Notes: a model not told the origin generated them from the letters alone. DNA of 39,233 nt from Octopus bimaculoides (GCF_001194135.2 NC_068982.1:9915257-9954489); one strand, 5' to 3'. Positions 1-11,477 are shown, counted from the stretch's first letter. A program made the numbers and translations.

Positions 1-298
1 GAAATTAACGTGCAAGTGGCTGAGCACTCCACAGACACGCGTACTCTTAACGTAGTTCTCGGGGATATTCAGCGTGACACAGTGTGACAAGGCTGACCCT
101 TTGAATTACAGGCACAAGAGAGACAGGAAGTTGTGGTGAAAGAGTACAGCAGGGTTCGCCACCGTCCCCTGCCGGAGCCTCGTGGAGCTTTAGGTGTTTT
201 CGCTCAATGAACACTCACAACGGCCGGTCTGGGAATCGAAACCGCGATCCTACGACTGCGAGTCCGCTGCCCTAACCACTGGGCCATTGCGCCTCCAC
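1..298 (-). mobile_element. tRNA-derived SINE, young CpG-rich copy, truncated by the window edge
   Basis: Minus strand begins GTGGAGGCGCAA with Pol III A box TGGCCCAGTGG (286-276) and B box GGTTTCGATTCC (243-232). Its body aligns by eye with the decayed plus-strand copy at 681-980. Confidence 0.85.
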
Positions 299-340
299 AT
301 ACAAGATAATTACATAAGAGGAATTAAGTAATTCACAAAT

Positions 341-400
341 GCAGGCATGGCTGTGTGGTTAGAAGCTTGCTTCCCAACCACATGGTTTCAGGTTCAACCC
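341..400 (+). mobile_element. 5' head fragment of a second tRNA-like SINE family (GGCATGGCTGTGTGG..AGAAGCTTGCTTCCCAACCA)
   Basis: Same head recurs at ~11860, 32090 and 33280 (+) and at 36600 and 37790 (-). Confidence 0.75.
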
Positions 401-680
401 TATTTTTATGTATAAATAAATATTTTATATTTTACTAATTTATATATATACTATGAATCATTTAATATTTAATATAATATTATATAATTTATATACAATA
501 CTATAATAATATTATAAATTCATAGCGTCCCCCAACCTATTGCCTTCCCCTCAATACCTCCTTTTTCTCTACTGCCACCCTCCTATCTGCACTTCCCCCT
601 TAGACACCAGCCCCACCTGGACCCTCTCAATGCCCACTGGTGGCAGTAGCACCCACTTTGAGAACCTATGGTCTAAGTGC

Positions 681-1233
681 TAGAGGTGCATGGCTTAGTT
701 GTTAGGGTACTTGGCTCCCAACTATAAAGATCATGAGTTCAATACCTTTTGGCGTGTTGTGTCCTGGAGCAAAACACTTTATTTCATGTTGCTCCAGTTC
801 ACTCAAATGGCAAAAGTGAGTCATACCTGTAATTCAGAGGGCCAATCTTGTCACAACCTCTGTCACACTGTATCTCCTTGAGAGCTACATTAAGAGTATG
901 TGGAGCATTCAGTCACTTGCATGTTAATTTCATGAGCAGGTTTATTCTGATGATCAGACCAACAGAAACACTTGTCATCGTAGGCGTTGAGCTGGCAGAA
1001 CCGTTAGCATGCTGGGCGAAATGCTTAGTGGTATTTCATCTGTCTTTACGTTCTGAGTTCAAATTCCGCCAAAGTCGACTTTGCCTTTCATCTTTCGGGG
1101 TCGATAAATTAAGTACCAGTTACGTACTGAGGTCGATGTAATCGACTTAATCCCTTTGTCTGTCCTTGTTTGTCCCCTCTGTGGGCAATAAAGAAATAAG
1201 TAACCCTTGTCATCGTAACTGATGGAATGCCAG
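681..1233 (+). mobile_element. Older copy of the 1-298 SINE family, interrupted by a nested SINE
   Basis: Colinear similarity to the reverse complement of 1-298 (cctgtaattcagagg, cacttgcatgttaatttc). Sequence resumes after 1206. Confidence 0.75.
983..1205 (+). mobile_element. CORE-like SINE (GAGCTGGCAGAA..GTCGACTTTGCCTTTCATC..GGGGTCGATAAATTAAGTACC) with 12-bp target-site duplication
   Basis: Several copies in the window. TSD cttgtcatcgta at 971-982 and 1206-1217. The CORE assignment is from recalled similarity to the CORE domain. Confidence 0.8.
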
Positions 1234-2232
1234 AAGAGAGGAAATCCAGAAAAGTGTTTGCAGTTTAAAGAAAATGGTAAATGACTTTATATTCCAAATT
1301 GATACTCTTTAGCTGCAAAATGCTTTCTGGCATTGTAATTGGTCAACTTCAAAACACATTTTCAGCATCTTTAGATATGTTTGTGACAAAGGTGATTTTT
1401 ATTAGACCAATTATTGAGAATATTGAGATAAATTTGTTGTAATTAAACTCAGATTAACCCTGACTAAGGAAATTGATCACCACAGATATTACAACTATAG
1501 ACATGTTGTTTTTTAAGATTTTATATAAAATATTTATATATAAGAAAAAGAAAATAGAAATCATGAAGTTAATAAGTGTTTATTATCAACAACAAATCAA
1601 ATATGATATTCGATTTGTTGTTGATAATAAATTCTTATTAACTTCCCAATCTCCATTTTCTTGTTCTTCCTTTATATGAAAATAAACTACAGGTTTTATA
1701 TACATGTCTATTATTTTATGGAAGTCAATTCCCACCAAAATATTAGGTATTGAACCAGTATTTCCTTGAATGGCACCATACCTTCATGAGGCTAACATAA
1801 CCTCTAATCGAATTTTATATATGTGTATATGTATATATAAGATGAGAAAATAGAGAGGTCATTAATAAATTATTATTTATTAATTTAAAATCGACAAACA
1901 TCTCATACAGTTGTTTCCATTCCAGAGCTTCTGAAAATTAATTAAATTAAATTAAAAATTATTTGAAAGTCGAATCTCTTCAGAGGTAGTTAAAGATATA
2001 CAAAATAGGTGTCCAATTCATACATGTTGAGCAAACAGCTGCAAACCGTTATATATTACTGTATATATATTATATATATATAGTAATAACAAAAACTTTG
2101 GATGGAAATTCGTAAATACTCTAAGGCATTACTATATATGTTTCAATAGACTCCATTCTTTAGTTGTTGTATTCCCAATCCATAGTATATTACAAATATG
2201 ATTTGCAAAACCCATGAGTTTTAAGGGGAATA

Positions 2233-2461
2233 TTAACCCTTTCGTTACCAACCTGGTTGAAACCGCCTCTGGCTCTGTAGTACAAATGTCTTGTTTTCAT
2301 AAGTTTTGAATTAAAATCTGCCACCAAACTTTAGTCACAATTTATGTTCCTAACACTAGCTGAATGATAACTAAGTTATTTTACTAAATTCTTTGTTATA
2401 TTTAAAGTAATTGAAAGAAAAACAGAGCATCTCAACAGAAATACAGTAACGAAAGGGTTAA
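2233..2461. mobile_element. piggyBac-type MITE
   Basis: TTAA at 2233-2236 and 2458-2461 flank perfect 12-bp TIRs CCCTTTCGTTAC / GTAACGAAAGGG. Confidence 0.85.
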
Positions 2462-2635
2462 TACATGTGTTCATCTCCTCAGGCTAAAGTTGCATTAGTG
2501 TTATTACTGGCACCAGACTTATAACTTTCCCATAAATTTACTCTAGAAGATGAGAAGAATAAGCAATAACCGGAATAAATAGCATAAGAGCTTTTACGAG
2601 TGCACTCAAAAATATTTCACATAAACAGACTTAAA

Positions 2636-2671
<36 letters not shown>

Positions 2672-3252
2672 CAGTTTCTAATATATTTATTCTTTATTTT
2701 TAAGATAGTATTTAAGATAGTGAAGGAGATTTTACTGATATTTCTAGCAGGATGATTGGCCATGTGAAGGTTCTTATGCTGATAACACAAAGTGAAAAAT
2801 GTTTAATGTGTAATTAATTACAGCTGTGTAAAAAGTAGATGAACTCTGAAATGTGATCTTGTGGAACAGATAAAAGGAAAGGAGGCAGAGAAGACTAAGG
2901 AAGATGGGGAATAAAATTAATGAAGGATGATGATGACCATGATGATTGCACCAAGAAATGATGAAGAGGAGAAGGATCATGACGATTACGGTGGTGATGG
3001 TGGTGGTGATGATGATCTTGAATAGAATTACAAAGGCGAGAAATACGCTTGTAAAGAAAATCAAAATGAGGGCAGGAACTGTGATGGACTGTAATCTGAA
3101 AACCATTGACAAAAGCGAAGCAGATGATGCTGATGATAAGGGTGAGAATGTTGATGATGATGATGGTGGTGATGAATAGATTCATTAGTAAAGTGAAAGT
3201 GAAAAGCCATAGAATCAATCACTGGTAAGATAAGATATTTCAACTTGATTAC

Positions 3253-3269
3253 CAATCGAAGACGTACAT
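3253..3269 (-). other. Candidate 17-nt microexon in the intron after the complexin ATG exon
   Basis: tctggctgtttttccgctattAG|ATGTACGTCTTCGATTG|GTAATC; dense YCAY cluster downstream. No transcript evidence. Confidence 0.3.
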
Positions 3270-4144
3270 CTAATAGCGGAAAAACAGCCAGAGGTCAGAG
3301 AACTAATGGCTTTTCCTTTGTAGATTTTCAATCTATTTTAGTATTTGAAGTGCTGATTAAAAAAAAAATAGGGATAGTAAATAAAGATGGTCTTATCAAT
3401 ATAAAGTAACTATTAGATGACAGAATTCTTAGTAAAGGAACTCATTTACATTTCAGATAGGAAACTTCTGTGAATTTCGGCATGACATATTACACTAATG
3501 GCAGCAATTTGTCTTGCAAGAAAATGTCACAAAAATAATTACAACATCAATTTTATTTTTAGAACTTAAACTCTATGCTAAAGCTTAACCGGTGGCCTGA
3601 TGGTTATTGATTATAAAGGACACAATAAACAACTGGTCAAAGATATTCAATGGTTGACCTAAAGTAACTAATATAACCGAAAAATTAACAAGTTACATTA
3701 TGGATTAAAACTTGACAAAGCAATTGTGTTTTGTCTCTGAACAAGATTTACATAAACTAATATAAAGTAAGAAATATACGCAATTTCTTTATAAGTTTGT
3801 AAAGTTGATATTAAAATAGACATTTGACTGCACTAGAAATTTTTTCAAATAAAATATGTCCAATTTTCTCAATGTCAGAAAATCACATACAGATATGTGA
3901 AGTTATAGTCAGTAATATTTGTTGCATTTTCTGTTTGGATTTCAATCCACCTGAGACAACCTGGACTAAAGTGTTCATGTCTAAATTAAAACATCAACCA
4001 AGTCCTTGTTACCATGCGGTTTCTGTTGGTCAGAACAATTCATGATATATACCAATATAGAAACATATATGTCTTACTAAAACAAGCAATATTGGAACTT
4101 TGCTGGAACTGGTGCTCTGAAAAAAAGCACTCAGTATACTTTGT

Positions 4145-4285
4145 AAAGTGGTGAATATTAGGAAGGACATCCAACCATGCCAAAGCAGACAACTGGAGGG
4201 TGGTATATTCCTTCCACCCATCAGATTCTATCAAGGCATTCAACCCATGCCAACATGGCAGACGGATGTTAACAGATGATGTGGA
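4145..4285 (+). mobile_element. Decayed fragment of the repeat family ending AACCCATGC..GGACGTTAAACGATGATG (RTE-like tail)
   Basis: TTAGGAAGGACATCC, AACCCATGCCAACATGG and GGATGTTAAC match copies at 20030-20170 and 31455-31672. Confidence 0.65.
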
Positions 4286-5137
4286 TATAATGCAAGTAGC
4301 TATGTATTTTCTTTATGGCATGAAACCTGTTCCAGACCCTGACTTTAACCTCTTATATCCTAGTAAAATTTGAATCCATCTCTACTGTAATTCCACCTTC
4401 ATCTCCAAAATTTTCATTATGCTAACTATAATTAAAATGTAGTCAGTCTATTGATTAGAAATATAATCACAAAAGGGTTACCTAGAAACAACTTCTATTA
4501 TTTTGTACATTGATATAGTTTTTTTTATTCATTTTTTTTATCATCATTATCCTATAAGGCTTTTTCTCTATGTACTGATATTTCTACATTACTGGAATAG
4601 GCGTTTCTCCTTTCCAAATAACCACTGAACTTTCAAATATTTGTAAAATTTATTCTCAACCATCCAACAGATCATAAATTGAAAATAGGAACCAAAATAT
4701 CTTACAACAAAACAACCATAATAGATGTGATATCTAACCATAAAATATTTCACTTTCCAACCAATTGCAAGAACTCATATCTGAAAACTCAGCAGTAATT
4801 CACTTCTATATTTATAGGACTAAATACTGAGGGAAAAGTGGTATAGTTAAATTAATTCACTCAATAACTGGGTGAATCAATGGTATGCAAAATTAATGCT
4901 AACAAGTACACATCACACAACCTAGAGGGGTAAAAATATATACGTTAATGAATTCAGTCCAGTATCATAATTTCTTCTTTTTTTTATCAGTTACAATATT
5001 TGCAAAAATATAAGAAGAAAAATTAAAGTAAAGTTAATGAAATACCACAATGATAAAATTTTAATATTTTTAGAATAAAAATATTTAAATAATATACATT
5101 TTCACTGAGAAACAAAATAATATGAAAAAAAGATTAC

Positions 5138-5192
5138 CTTTCACAGACTTCAGTTGGTCTCCAACCATTTGTTTTGCAATAAATGCCGCCAT
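5138..5192 (-). CDS. cpx: Complexin (synaphin), first coding exon, partial CDS: MAAFIAKQMVGDQLKSVK + first base of next codon
   Basis: Manual minus-strand translation from ATG at 5192 gives MAAFIAKQMVGDQLKSVK, the recognisable invertebrate complexin N-terminus (cf. Drosophila MAAFIAKQMVGNQLSAVK). It ends at AAAG|GTAATC, a phase-1 donor with GT at 5137-5136. Too short for the ORF track. Confidence 0.95.
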
Positions 5193-5290
5193 TATTGAAA
5201 ATTTTTAAATGTTTCTTATCTAGATACAAATTGTTTTTGCTATCTGGATTAATTGTTGTCTGATAGAAAATTTTCTAAATCTTGACGTAT
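5193..5290 (-). other. cpx: 5' UTR portion (98 nt) of the complexin ATG exon
   Basis: Acceptor T-run + CTGATTGCAG| with AG at 5292-5291. In-frame TAG and TAA upstream of the ATG exclude an N-terminal extension. The acceptor implies at least one further upstream exon. Confidence 0.85.
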
Positions 5291-5440
5291 CTGCAATCAG
5301 AAAAAAAAAAAAAAATTTAAACATAAATTCAAATGATATCATTAGAGATGTGTTTCGAAAATAATTTGACATATAATGGTCATTAAATTTACTATTCTTG
5401 TGTTGGTTATTGTTTTTTTTTCTTTATATAAAAATATTAC

Positions 5441-5452
5441 GAACTTTTAGCA
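5441..5452 (-). other. Candidate 12-nt microexon
   Basis: tgtgtcattttacttcAG|TGCTAAAAGTTC|GTAATA; YCAY-rich upstream (5480-5720). Confidence 0.25.
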
Positions 5453-6711
5453 CTGAAGTAAAATGACACAAACATAATATCAGAACGTCTGAAACTGACT
5501 GAATGATGATAATACAAAACAGGCCTAACCAAACTGAGATAACTCACAAGTGTTTCAATGTACAATGATGAAAATTTCAATGAGAAAAGAAAGGAACCTC
5601 TTAAACTTCCTAAATGAAAAGACACATAAAATGGAAACCGCAAGAATGTGGATATTAAAAATGAATGAGAAAAACATTTCAAAATGAAACAGACAAATTA
5701 CAATGGATAATTAAAAAAAAAAATAAATGCAAAACCAAAAGCAGACATATTGACAATATTCTAGAATCAATCTAGGTAAACAAAGCATACAATTAGTTAA
5801 GTATCAATTATGTAGACTTTGAAACTGTCATCATCAAGCTGGAGGTTACTAAAACTGGTGTGAGCAGTTTTTATTTGCTTGCCATCTGTTATTCATGAAT
5901 TATGGAATTGTTTACCATACCATCTGTTTTAAGTTGCATCCATCAACCACAGGATTTAATTTTCAGCAGTGACCTTCTCTATATTCTTTGGCCATTGTTA
6001 ATTATCATACAAATTACAGTATTTTCTTGTAGAGTTAAATTTAGACCACAGATTGTTTTCAAATACTTTTGACTTTACTGTATAATATTTTGTATCGATT
6101 ACTCTTATGAGTGTCACAGATAAGAATAGCATGACTAAATAATACTTTTAATGAGACAGTGTGAGAGCCTCTGTATGGTTCTTCAGCAAGCTAGACAAAG
6201 CAGCCAAATTTCCATCGAAGTGTACCTGATTGTGGTAAACAGAGAAAGTTACACATTGTACAATGCAGCCATGATATACAGAATTACCCCAAGAATGCCT
6301 TTCATCATGTCTTGTTTTGTAAGGGCTGACTTGGGGTTGAGTAACAATTCTTCTAACTTATTTGTCTCAGTAAAAGACATCAGTTTCATATAATCTCATT
6401 TTTGTCTCATTAATATAATCTTAAAGACTGCATTAACATAAGAAGATATATTGTTACAAACTTCTATGAGGAATAATTGCCATTATTTGACTGCAGCAAA
6501 ACAGACCTGTGAATTTGATACACAATGGACTATCAGGGTACTAAACTGTACTAGTAGTGTTGTATACAAAATACTAGAATTATACATGCACACACACACA
6601 ATTAAACAGCTGCCATGTGTATCCCAGTTTTAGGATAAGTATTTCATGAGAGGTGGATAAAAGACTTGGCAAATTGATGAGCCTCTAACTGCAAAGCATT
6701 GCCTCAGATAC

Positions 6712-6743
6712 CTCTTATGAATACAATGCTTTCCATTTAGATT
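6712..6743 (-). other. Candidate 32-nt exon
   Basis: tttctgtttgcttttccatgtgtctAG|AATCTAAATGGAAAGCATTGTATTCATAAGAG|GTATCT; YCAY cluster at 6770-6860 directly upstream. Donor +4/+5 are weak. Confidence 0.3.
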
Positions 6744-6889
6744 CTAGACACATGGAAAAGCAAACAGAAAGCAATGATGATGATGATGATGAGACTGTAG
6801 ATGACAACAACGATGTTGGTGGTGAGGATGACAAGCATAAGGATGGTGAGAATCCTGATCGTGATACAAGCTATTAATCTAGTGTCACG

Positions 6890-7050
6890 AAAAACCATTT
6901 TCTACCCACCTCAACCACATGAAGCTGAATAAAAATAATTGGACGATATGGTCTTGGATTAACGAAAAAAAAAAAGATGGATTCATCAAAGCAGGAATGT
7001 CTTTGATCACAAGTCTAATAAATTAGTACTGACCGGGATGACGAGGGTGG
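6890..7050 (+). mobile_element. Decayed interspersed repeat (GGAATGTCTTTGATCA.. family)
   Basis: Similar segments at ~17860-17960 (-), 21550-21730 (+), 32540-32660 (+), 2720-2775 (-) and 28060-28135 (-). Family unclassified. Confidence 0.5.
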
Positions 7051-7057
7051 GGACTAC

Positions 7058-7131
7058 AGTAGTAGTAGTAGTAGTAGTAGTTTAACTCCAGATTTTCATG
7101 GTTTTAATATACTACTACTACTACTACTACT
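7058..7131. repeat. Inverted trinucleotide tracts (AGT)8 and (ACT)7 separated by 29 nt
   Basis: Read directly: 7058-7081 and 7111-7131 are reverse complements. Confidence 0.9.
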
Positions 7132-7467
7132 CAAAAATAATGATTCAATGCTATTATAGCTGTAATGAAAGTGGGGAAAGAAGAGAAATTGCTATGGATG
7201 ATCATCAAGGAAACAATACAAAATGATATGAAGTAGTAAGAATCTCTAAGGAGAGTTAAATAGAAGAAGGTCATCAGAGAAGCCTCATCGTGCAAGCGTT
7301 TCCATTCCTTAAAATGGAAACAAAAGAATATATGACATCATAAAATTGTTTTTTGTATAAAACCACAGTAAAGAATGAACTACAACAAATTTCAATTTAG
7401 TCTTTTGCCATGAAAAGGCAAAGAGTCTTGGTAGGTAACACAAGTTAAATTCCATGTCAGCGTCTAG

Positions 7468-7580
7468 ATGCTTGCATTTGCTGAAAATTTCAAATCTGGA
7501 ATTAAGTAGTGTCACAGAATTCTTTGATCTACACCACACTATTTAATTCCAGATCTGAAATTTTCAGTAAATGCAAGCAT
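7468..7580. repeat. Long imperfect inverted repeat (45-bp arms, 3 differences, 23-nt loop)
   Basis: 7468-7512 vs reverse complement of 7536-7580, compared base by base. Confidence 0.9.
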
Positions 7581-8009
7581 ATGGACAAACTTCTTTTAGT
7601 GAGCTAAACAACACTACCCGCTCTGGATTGAGCACTTGATTTGCAGACTTTGGATCCCTCACCACTGAATTATTCAACAACATCTAGTTTCATTATGATT
7701 TTTACAGTGAAAAGAGACGTAACTCTAATTTCTTTCTTTTCTTTTCTTTTTCCTTCTTTTTCCATTTTTGTTTACTCTTTGTCTTCTCATTCCACCTTTC
7801 CATTCTTTTTCTCATGTCTTCTCATTAATCAGCATCCTGAATTTCAAATATAACAAGCCATGTGCTCAGAGCACAAAGATTGCTTGAAGACAGAAAGCAT
7901 GTTAGAAAAACATGCCTAACCACATGTTTTAAGACAAGAAACTATTGGTAGCTCTTATTTTAATAGTGTACGTTAAATGATACTTATAAAATAATACGCA
8001 TTTTCACTG

Positions 8010-8190
8010 AGCTTTACATTCTGATGTCAAATTCCACCAAGGTCAAAGTGAAGCAAATCTAAGAGGATCAGGTTAGTTGCTTGCATCAACCACAGTATTT
8101 TGATTAGTACTCTATTGACCTTGAAAAGACAAATGGTAAAGTTGACCTTGGTGAGATTAGAAGTCAGATGGTACAGAACTGAAACAAATA
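8010..8190 (+). mobile_element. Highly decayed CORE-like SINE pieces in both orientations
   Basis: tctgatgtcaaattccaccaaggtcaa (+) followed by gaccttgaaaagacaaatggtaaagttgacc (- type). Confidence 0.45.
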
Positions 8191-8376
8191 CAGCATTACA
8201 ATTTTTCCAGTAGTATTTTCCTGGCTTTTATGCTGGAAAATTATATATACATTCATAGGAAATAAAATATTTACATAGTCAACCGGTTTTGCTTATGCTA
8301 ATCATGACTAAGTAGTTAGTGATAATGTTATAATTTCATGCTATCATAAGTCTTTATTGCATGTTAGTAGGAGGAA

Positions 8377-8378
<2 letters not shown>

Positions 8379-8456
<78 letters not shown>
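8379..8456. repeat. Compound (TA)n(GA)n microsatellite
   Basis: Direct reading. Confidence 0.95.
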
Positions 8457-8459
<3 letters not shown>

Positions 8460-9497
8460 AAAACAAAAAGTTAAATTCTGGTCACGGAGTGACCAATGGT
8501 TTTGTATCCACGAAAGCTACAGCCTTATGGACAGNNNNNNNNNNNNNNNNNNNNNNNNNNNNNNNNNNNNNNNNNNNNNNNNNNNNNNNNNNNNNNNNNN
8601 NNNNNNNNNNNNNNNNNCTATACAAAGACAAATTTAAGTTTCTACCTCGCGGACAAGAGGAAACACTAGGACAATGAGGTTCAACAGTTGACCAATAAAA
8701 ACGTTATTGAGGACGGGTAATTTCCCCTGAACCAGAGGCTAAAAAGGATCTATAATAAAAACAAACTGATTGTTTTCTAATCTTTTTTCTCTACGCTGCA
8801 TATTTTGGACATTTTCTTAATTTGTAATTCCCAAAACTACCCTTAATCAATTCAAAGGAGACTATCAGTATATTAATAATCTCTTTCTTATAGCTTTATT
8901 CCTCGAGTTAATGAATAATGAAATGTAAAGTAATAGCAATGAATATGAACTCTTAACTTTGGTGACAGTTAAAAACTACTTTTTAACAGTTTAAATAATT
9001 TATCATGAATTGTTGTGCTTGTTCAAAGTTAAGTGAACAAAAAAGTCACTTTTCAAAAGCAAAGAAATCATTTTTCTTAGCCCGTACAAATAACATTAGC
9101 CAAGAAACTGTTTGAGGAAACCAAATTACAAGTTTGATGTAATAACAGTTTATGTAATTATTCATTTAGTTCGAAGACATGTAATTTCAAACTTTACAAG
9201 CTTCTTTAATAATGTTGTCACTCAAGATAAAGTTACACAATGTTTACGAACAAGCAAAGCCTGTAAATAATAATGATTGTCAAGTCCATACTACAATAAT
9301 GATTTCATTTAACAAGAAGAAACAAGACAAGTTTATGAATGAAATGCAGCAGAATCAGAGTAATTAATACCAGTACAACTATGGTATTAATTGTCAATGT
9401 TTTCTCTTCTTGAAATCAAAGTACACAACTTGGCTTTCTTCGGTTTTCATTTAAAAAAAATCTTTCTTTAACAATTTTATTTAGCTGTGAATGCACC

Positions 9498-9549
<52 letters not shown>

Positions 9550-9550
<1 letters not shown>

Positions 9551-9960
9551 GAGACAAATACTGTCAGATCATTGATGTAGCTATACCAAATGACATGAAT
9601 ATTGNNNNNNNNNNAAAATCACCAAGTACTCCGAATTGAAAGTGGAAATGGCAAGACTGTATGGAATGCGAGAGGGTAATGTAAAAGTGATACCAGTGGT
9701 GATCGGAGTGTTGGGCTCAATTCCATTGAAACTTCAAAACTTCTTAAGGGAACTGGAAATCCCATGCAAGATTGATTGTAAAATGCAGCTTTATTGGGCA
9801 CAGGGCACATCTTAAGGATAAGGATTATCAGGAGGGTTCTATAAGCACTTGAAAGACCACTGAAAATTTGTGGATATCAAAGGTTACAGGTAGTAACCCA
9901 CTACCCACATAAATACTACCAGGAATAAGACCAAAACTGAGTAAAACCAAATAATAATAA
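9550..9960 (+). mobile_element. 5'-truncated R4/Dong-like non-LTR retrotransposon: restriction-like endonuclease C-terminus plus 3' UTR, frameshifted
   Basis: Plus-strand translation RDKYCQIIDVAIPNDMNI-(gap)-KITKYSELKVEMARLYGMREGNVKVIPVVIGVLGSIPLKLQNFLRELEIP, then after a frameshift NAALLGTGHILR. This matches the DVAIP..EK..KY..L..E / VIPVVIG.LG / ALLGT.HILR pattern of R4-clade endonucleases. Flanked by (AAT)n on both sides. Confidence 0.8.
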
Positions 9961-9963
9961 TAA

Positions 9964-10511
9964 ATGCTCTGATGCAGTACCAGGCAGTGGCTCTCATGGC
10001 TTCTGATCTTAACTGATTGGAAGTGTTATCATGTACATGTTTTTTCTTGGTATAAAAGATGAACTACAGCAAATATTCTGCTTAATACCACAGATTTGCT
10101 TATCAGTTGTTTGACCATAACCAGTTGAGCCTGTCCCTTGGTGGCTGATGATATGTGCATCTCTGATCACGAGCAGAAGTAGTGGGGGAGCATCATAGCC
10201 ATGTGTTGAGAGGAAATCTTTGGATAATTCACCTTTGGAAACATGGGTATTTTGTTCAACATCCTTAAACGAACCTTATTCAGGGACCTTTTGAGCGAGA
10301 TGGGCTACTCAACATGAAGAAAATTCTAACTGGGTATCACTTGCAAGGTCATGTGCTGTTTATCTTGATATGAGATCATCATGTCGCTCACGTATGGTTG
10401 TGAAGCATGTGCCTGGTGTACCCTTATGAGACGGGTAGTCATGATGGGTATATTGGGCTTCGTATATTTTATCCCAGTGTCACTTTGATGGCATGCACTG
10501 CTCTCTCACTC
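9964..10511 (+). mobile_element. Probable non-autonomous repeat bounded by (TAA)n at both ends
   Basis: GC-richer than flanks, begins after (TAA)n and ends CTCTCTCACTC(AAT)n. Single copy in the window, so classification is weak. Confidence 0.4.
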
Positions 10512-10604
10512 AATAATAATAATAATAATCAAGACAAAGAGCGCTCTTCGTCTTGACTGTTTACCTTTGTGAAGAGTTACGTCAATCCTTTTCAAAATAT
10601 TATG

Positions 10605-10643
<39 letters not shown>

Positions 10644-11477
10644 TTAATAATAACAACAACACTATTTGTGTTTCTTTCTTTGTAAGAATAAATGTCCATA
10701 TTTGACATCATACGTGTACAGCTGTATGCTTGTGCATTCAGAAGTCTGTGGTTACATTTAGTAGAACAACTGTCTCAAGCAGACATACGTTATACAATGC
10801 ACATGACTGGAATTGATTATATTCTCATAAATAGATTTAGTAAAATATTTCTAGATTTCTAGACCCAGATATAAACAAACNNNNNNNNNNTTTTTTTTTT
10901 TTTTTTTTTTTTTTTAGTAATTCTCAAATTCTGATAAGATAAAGAAATGTTTCACCATTATTATTTCCATTTTCTTTGAAGACAATGCATTAAACAATAA
11001 AACCATAGGTATTTTACCATTTCAAATGTTTGACATTACTATTCAAAAGAATTCATGTATTCTCATGTTAAGATATGAATACAGTTCTTCACAAGAATGG
11101 ATAATGGATGTATTATATTACAACCACTAAATTTAGCCTACATTCATAAAAAAAAAATACCTACTGACAATACAGAGGGTTAACGTACTAAAGTTTTGGA
11201 AATACAAACTGGAAAAGGTAAAAAATCTGTAAAATGAGCCATATGTTGATAAGTATAATATCAATAAGTAAAGCAACAGCTAATATTTATATACAAGTTA
11301 GAGGAAGAATTCAACATGATATTTGCCAACCAACACCATAAAGAAATCAGCATTATATTTACCAATATTAAAAACTGAACAGCCAAAAGTTACAAAAAAT
11401 ACTAAATAGAGCTACAGTAAATATTGGACAACATAGTCACCCAAATATACAAATAGATTCAAAGATTATTTACCCTA

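Noticed and set aside
1860-1990. Possible second hammerhead/Penelope remnant (GAAGCTCT..GAAACAACTG on minus)
   Set aside because: The CTGATGA core is missing; too decayed to call.
2774-3255. Overlapping ORFs with poly-His, poly-Asp or hydrophobic runs
   Set aside because: Translations of a degenerate (GAT/GGT)n tract; no splice or homology support as protein.
1-5137. Second coding exon of complexin
   Set aside because: No Glu/Lys/Arg-rich helix-coding segment with a phase-1 acceptor was found; it presumably lies beyond the left edge.
7140-7310. Minus-strand acceptor opening EWKRLHDEASLM..
   Set aside because: No donor; the frame drifts into low-complexity hydrophobic sequence; no recognisable homology.
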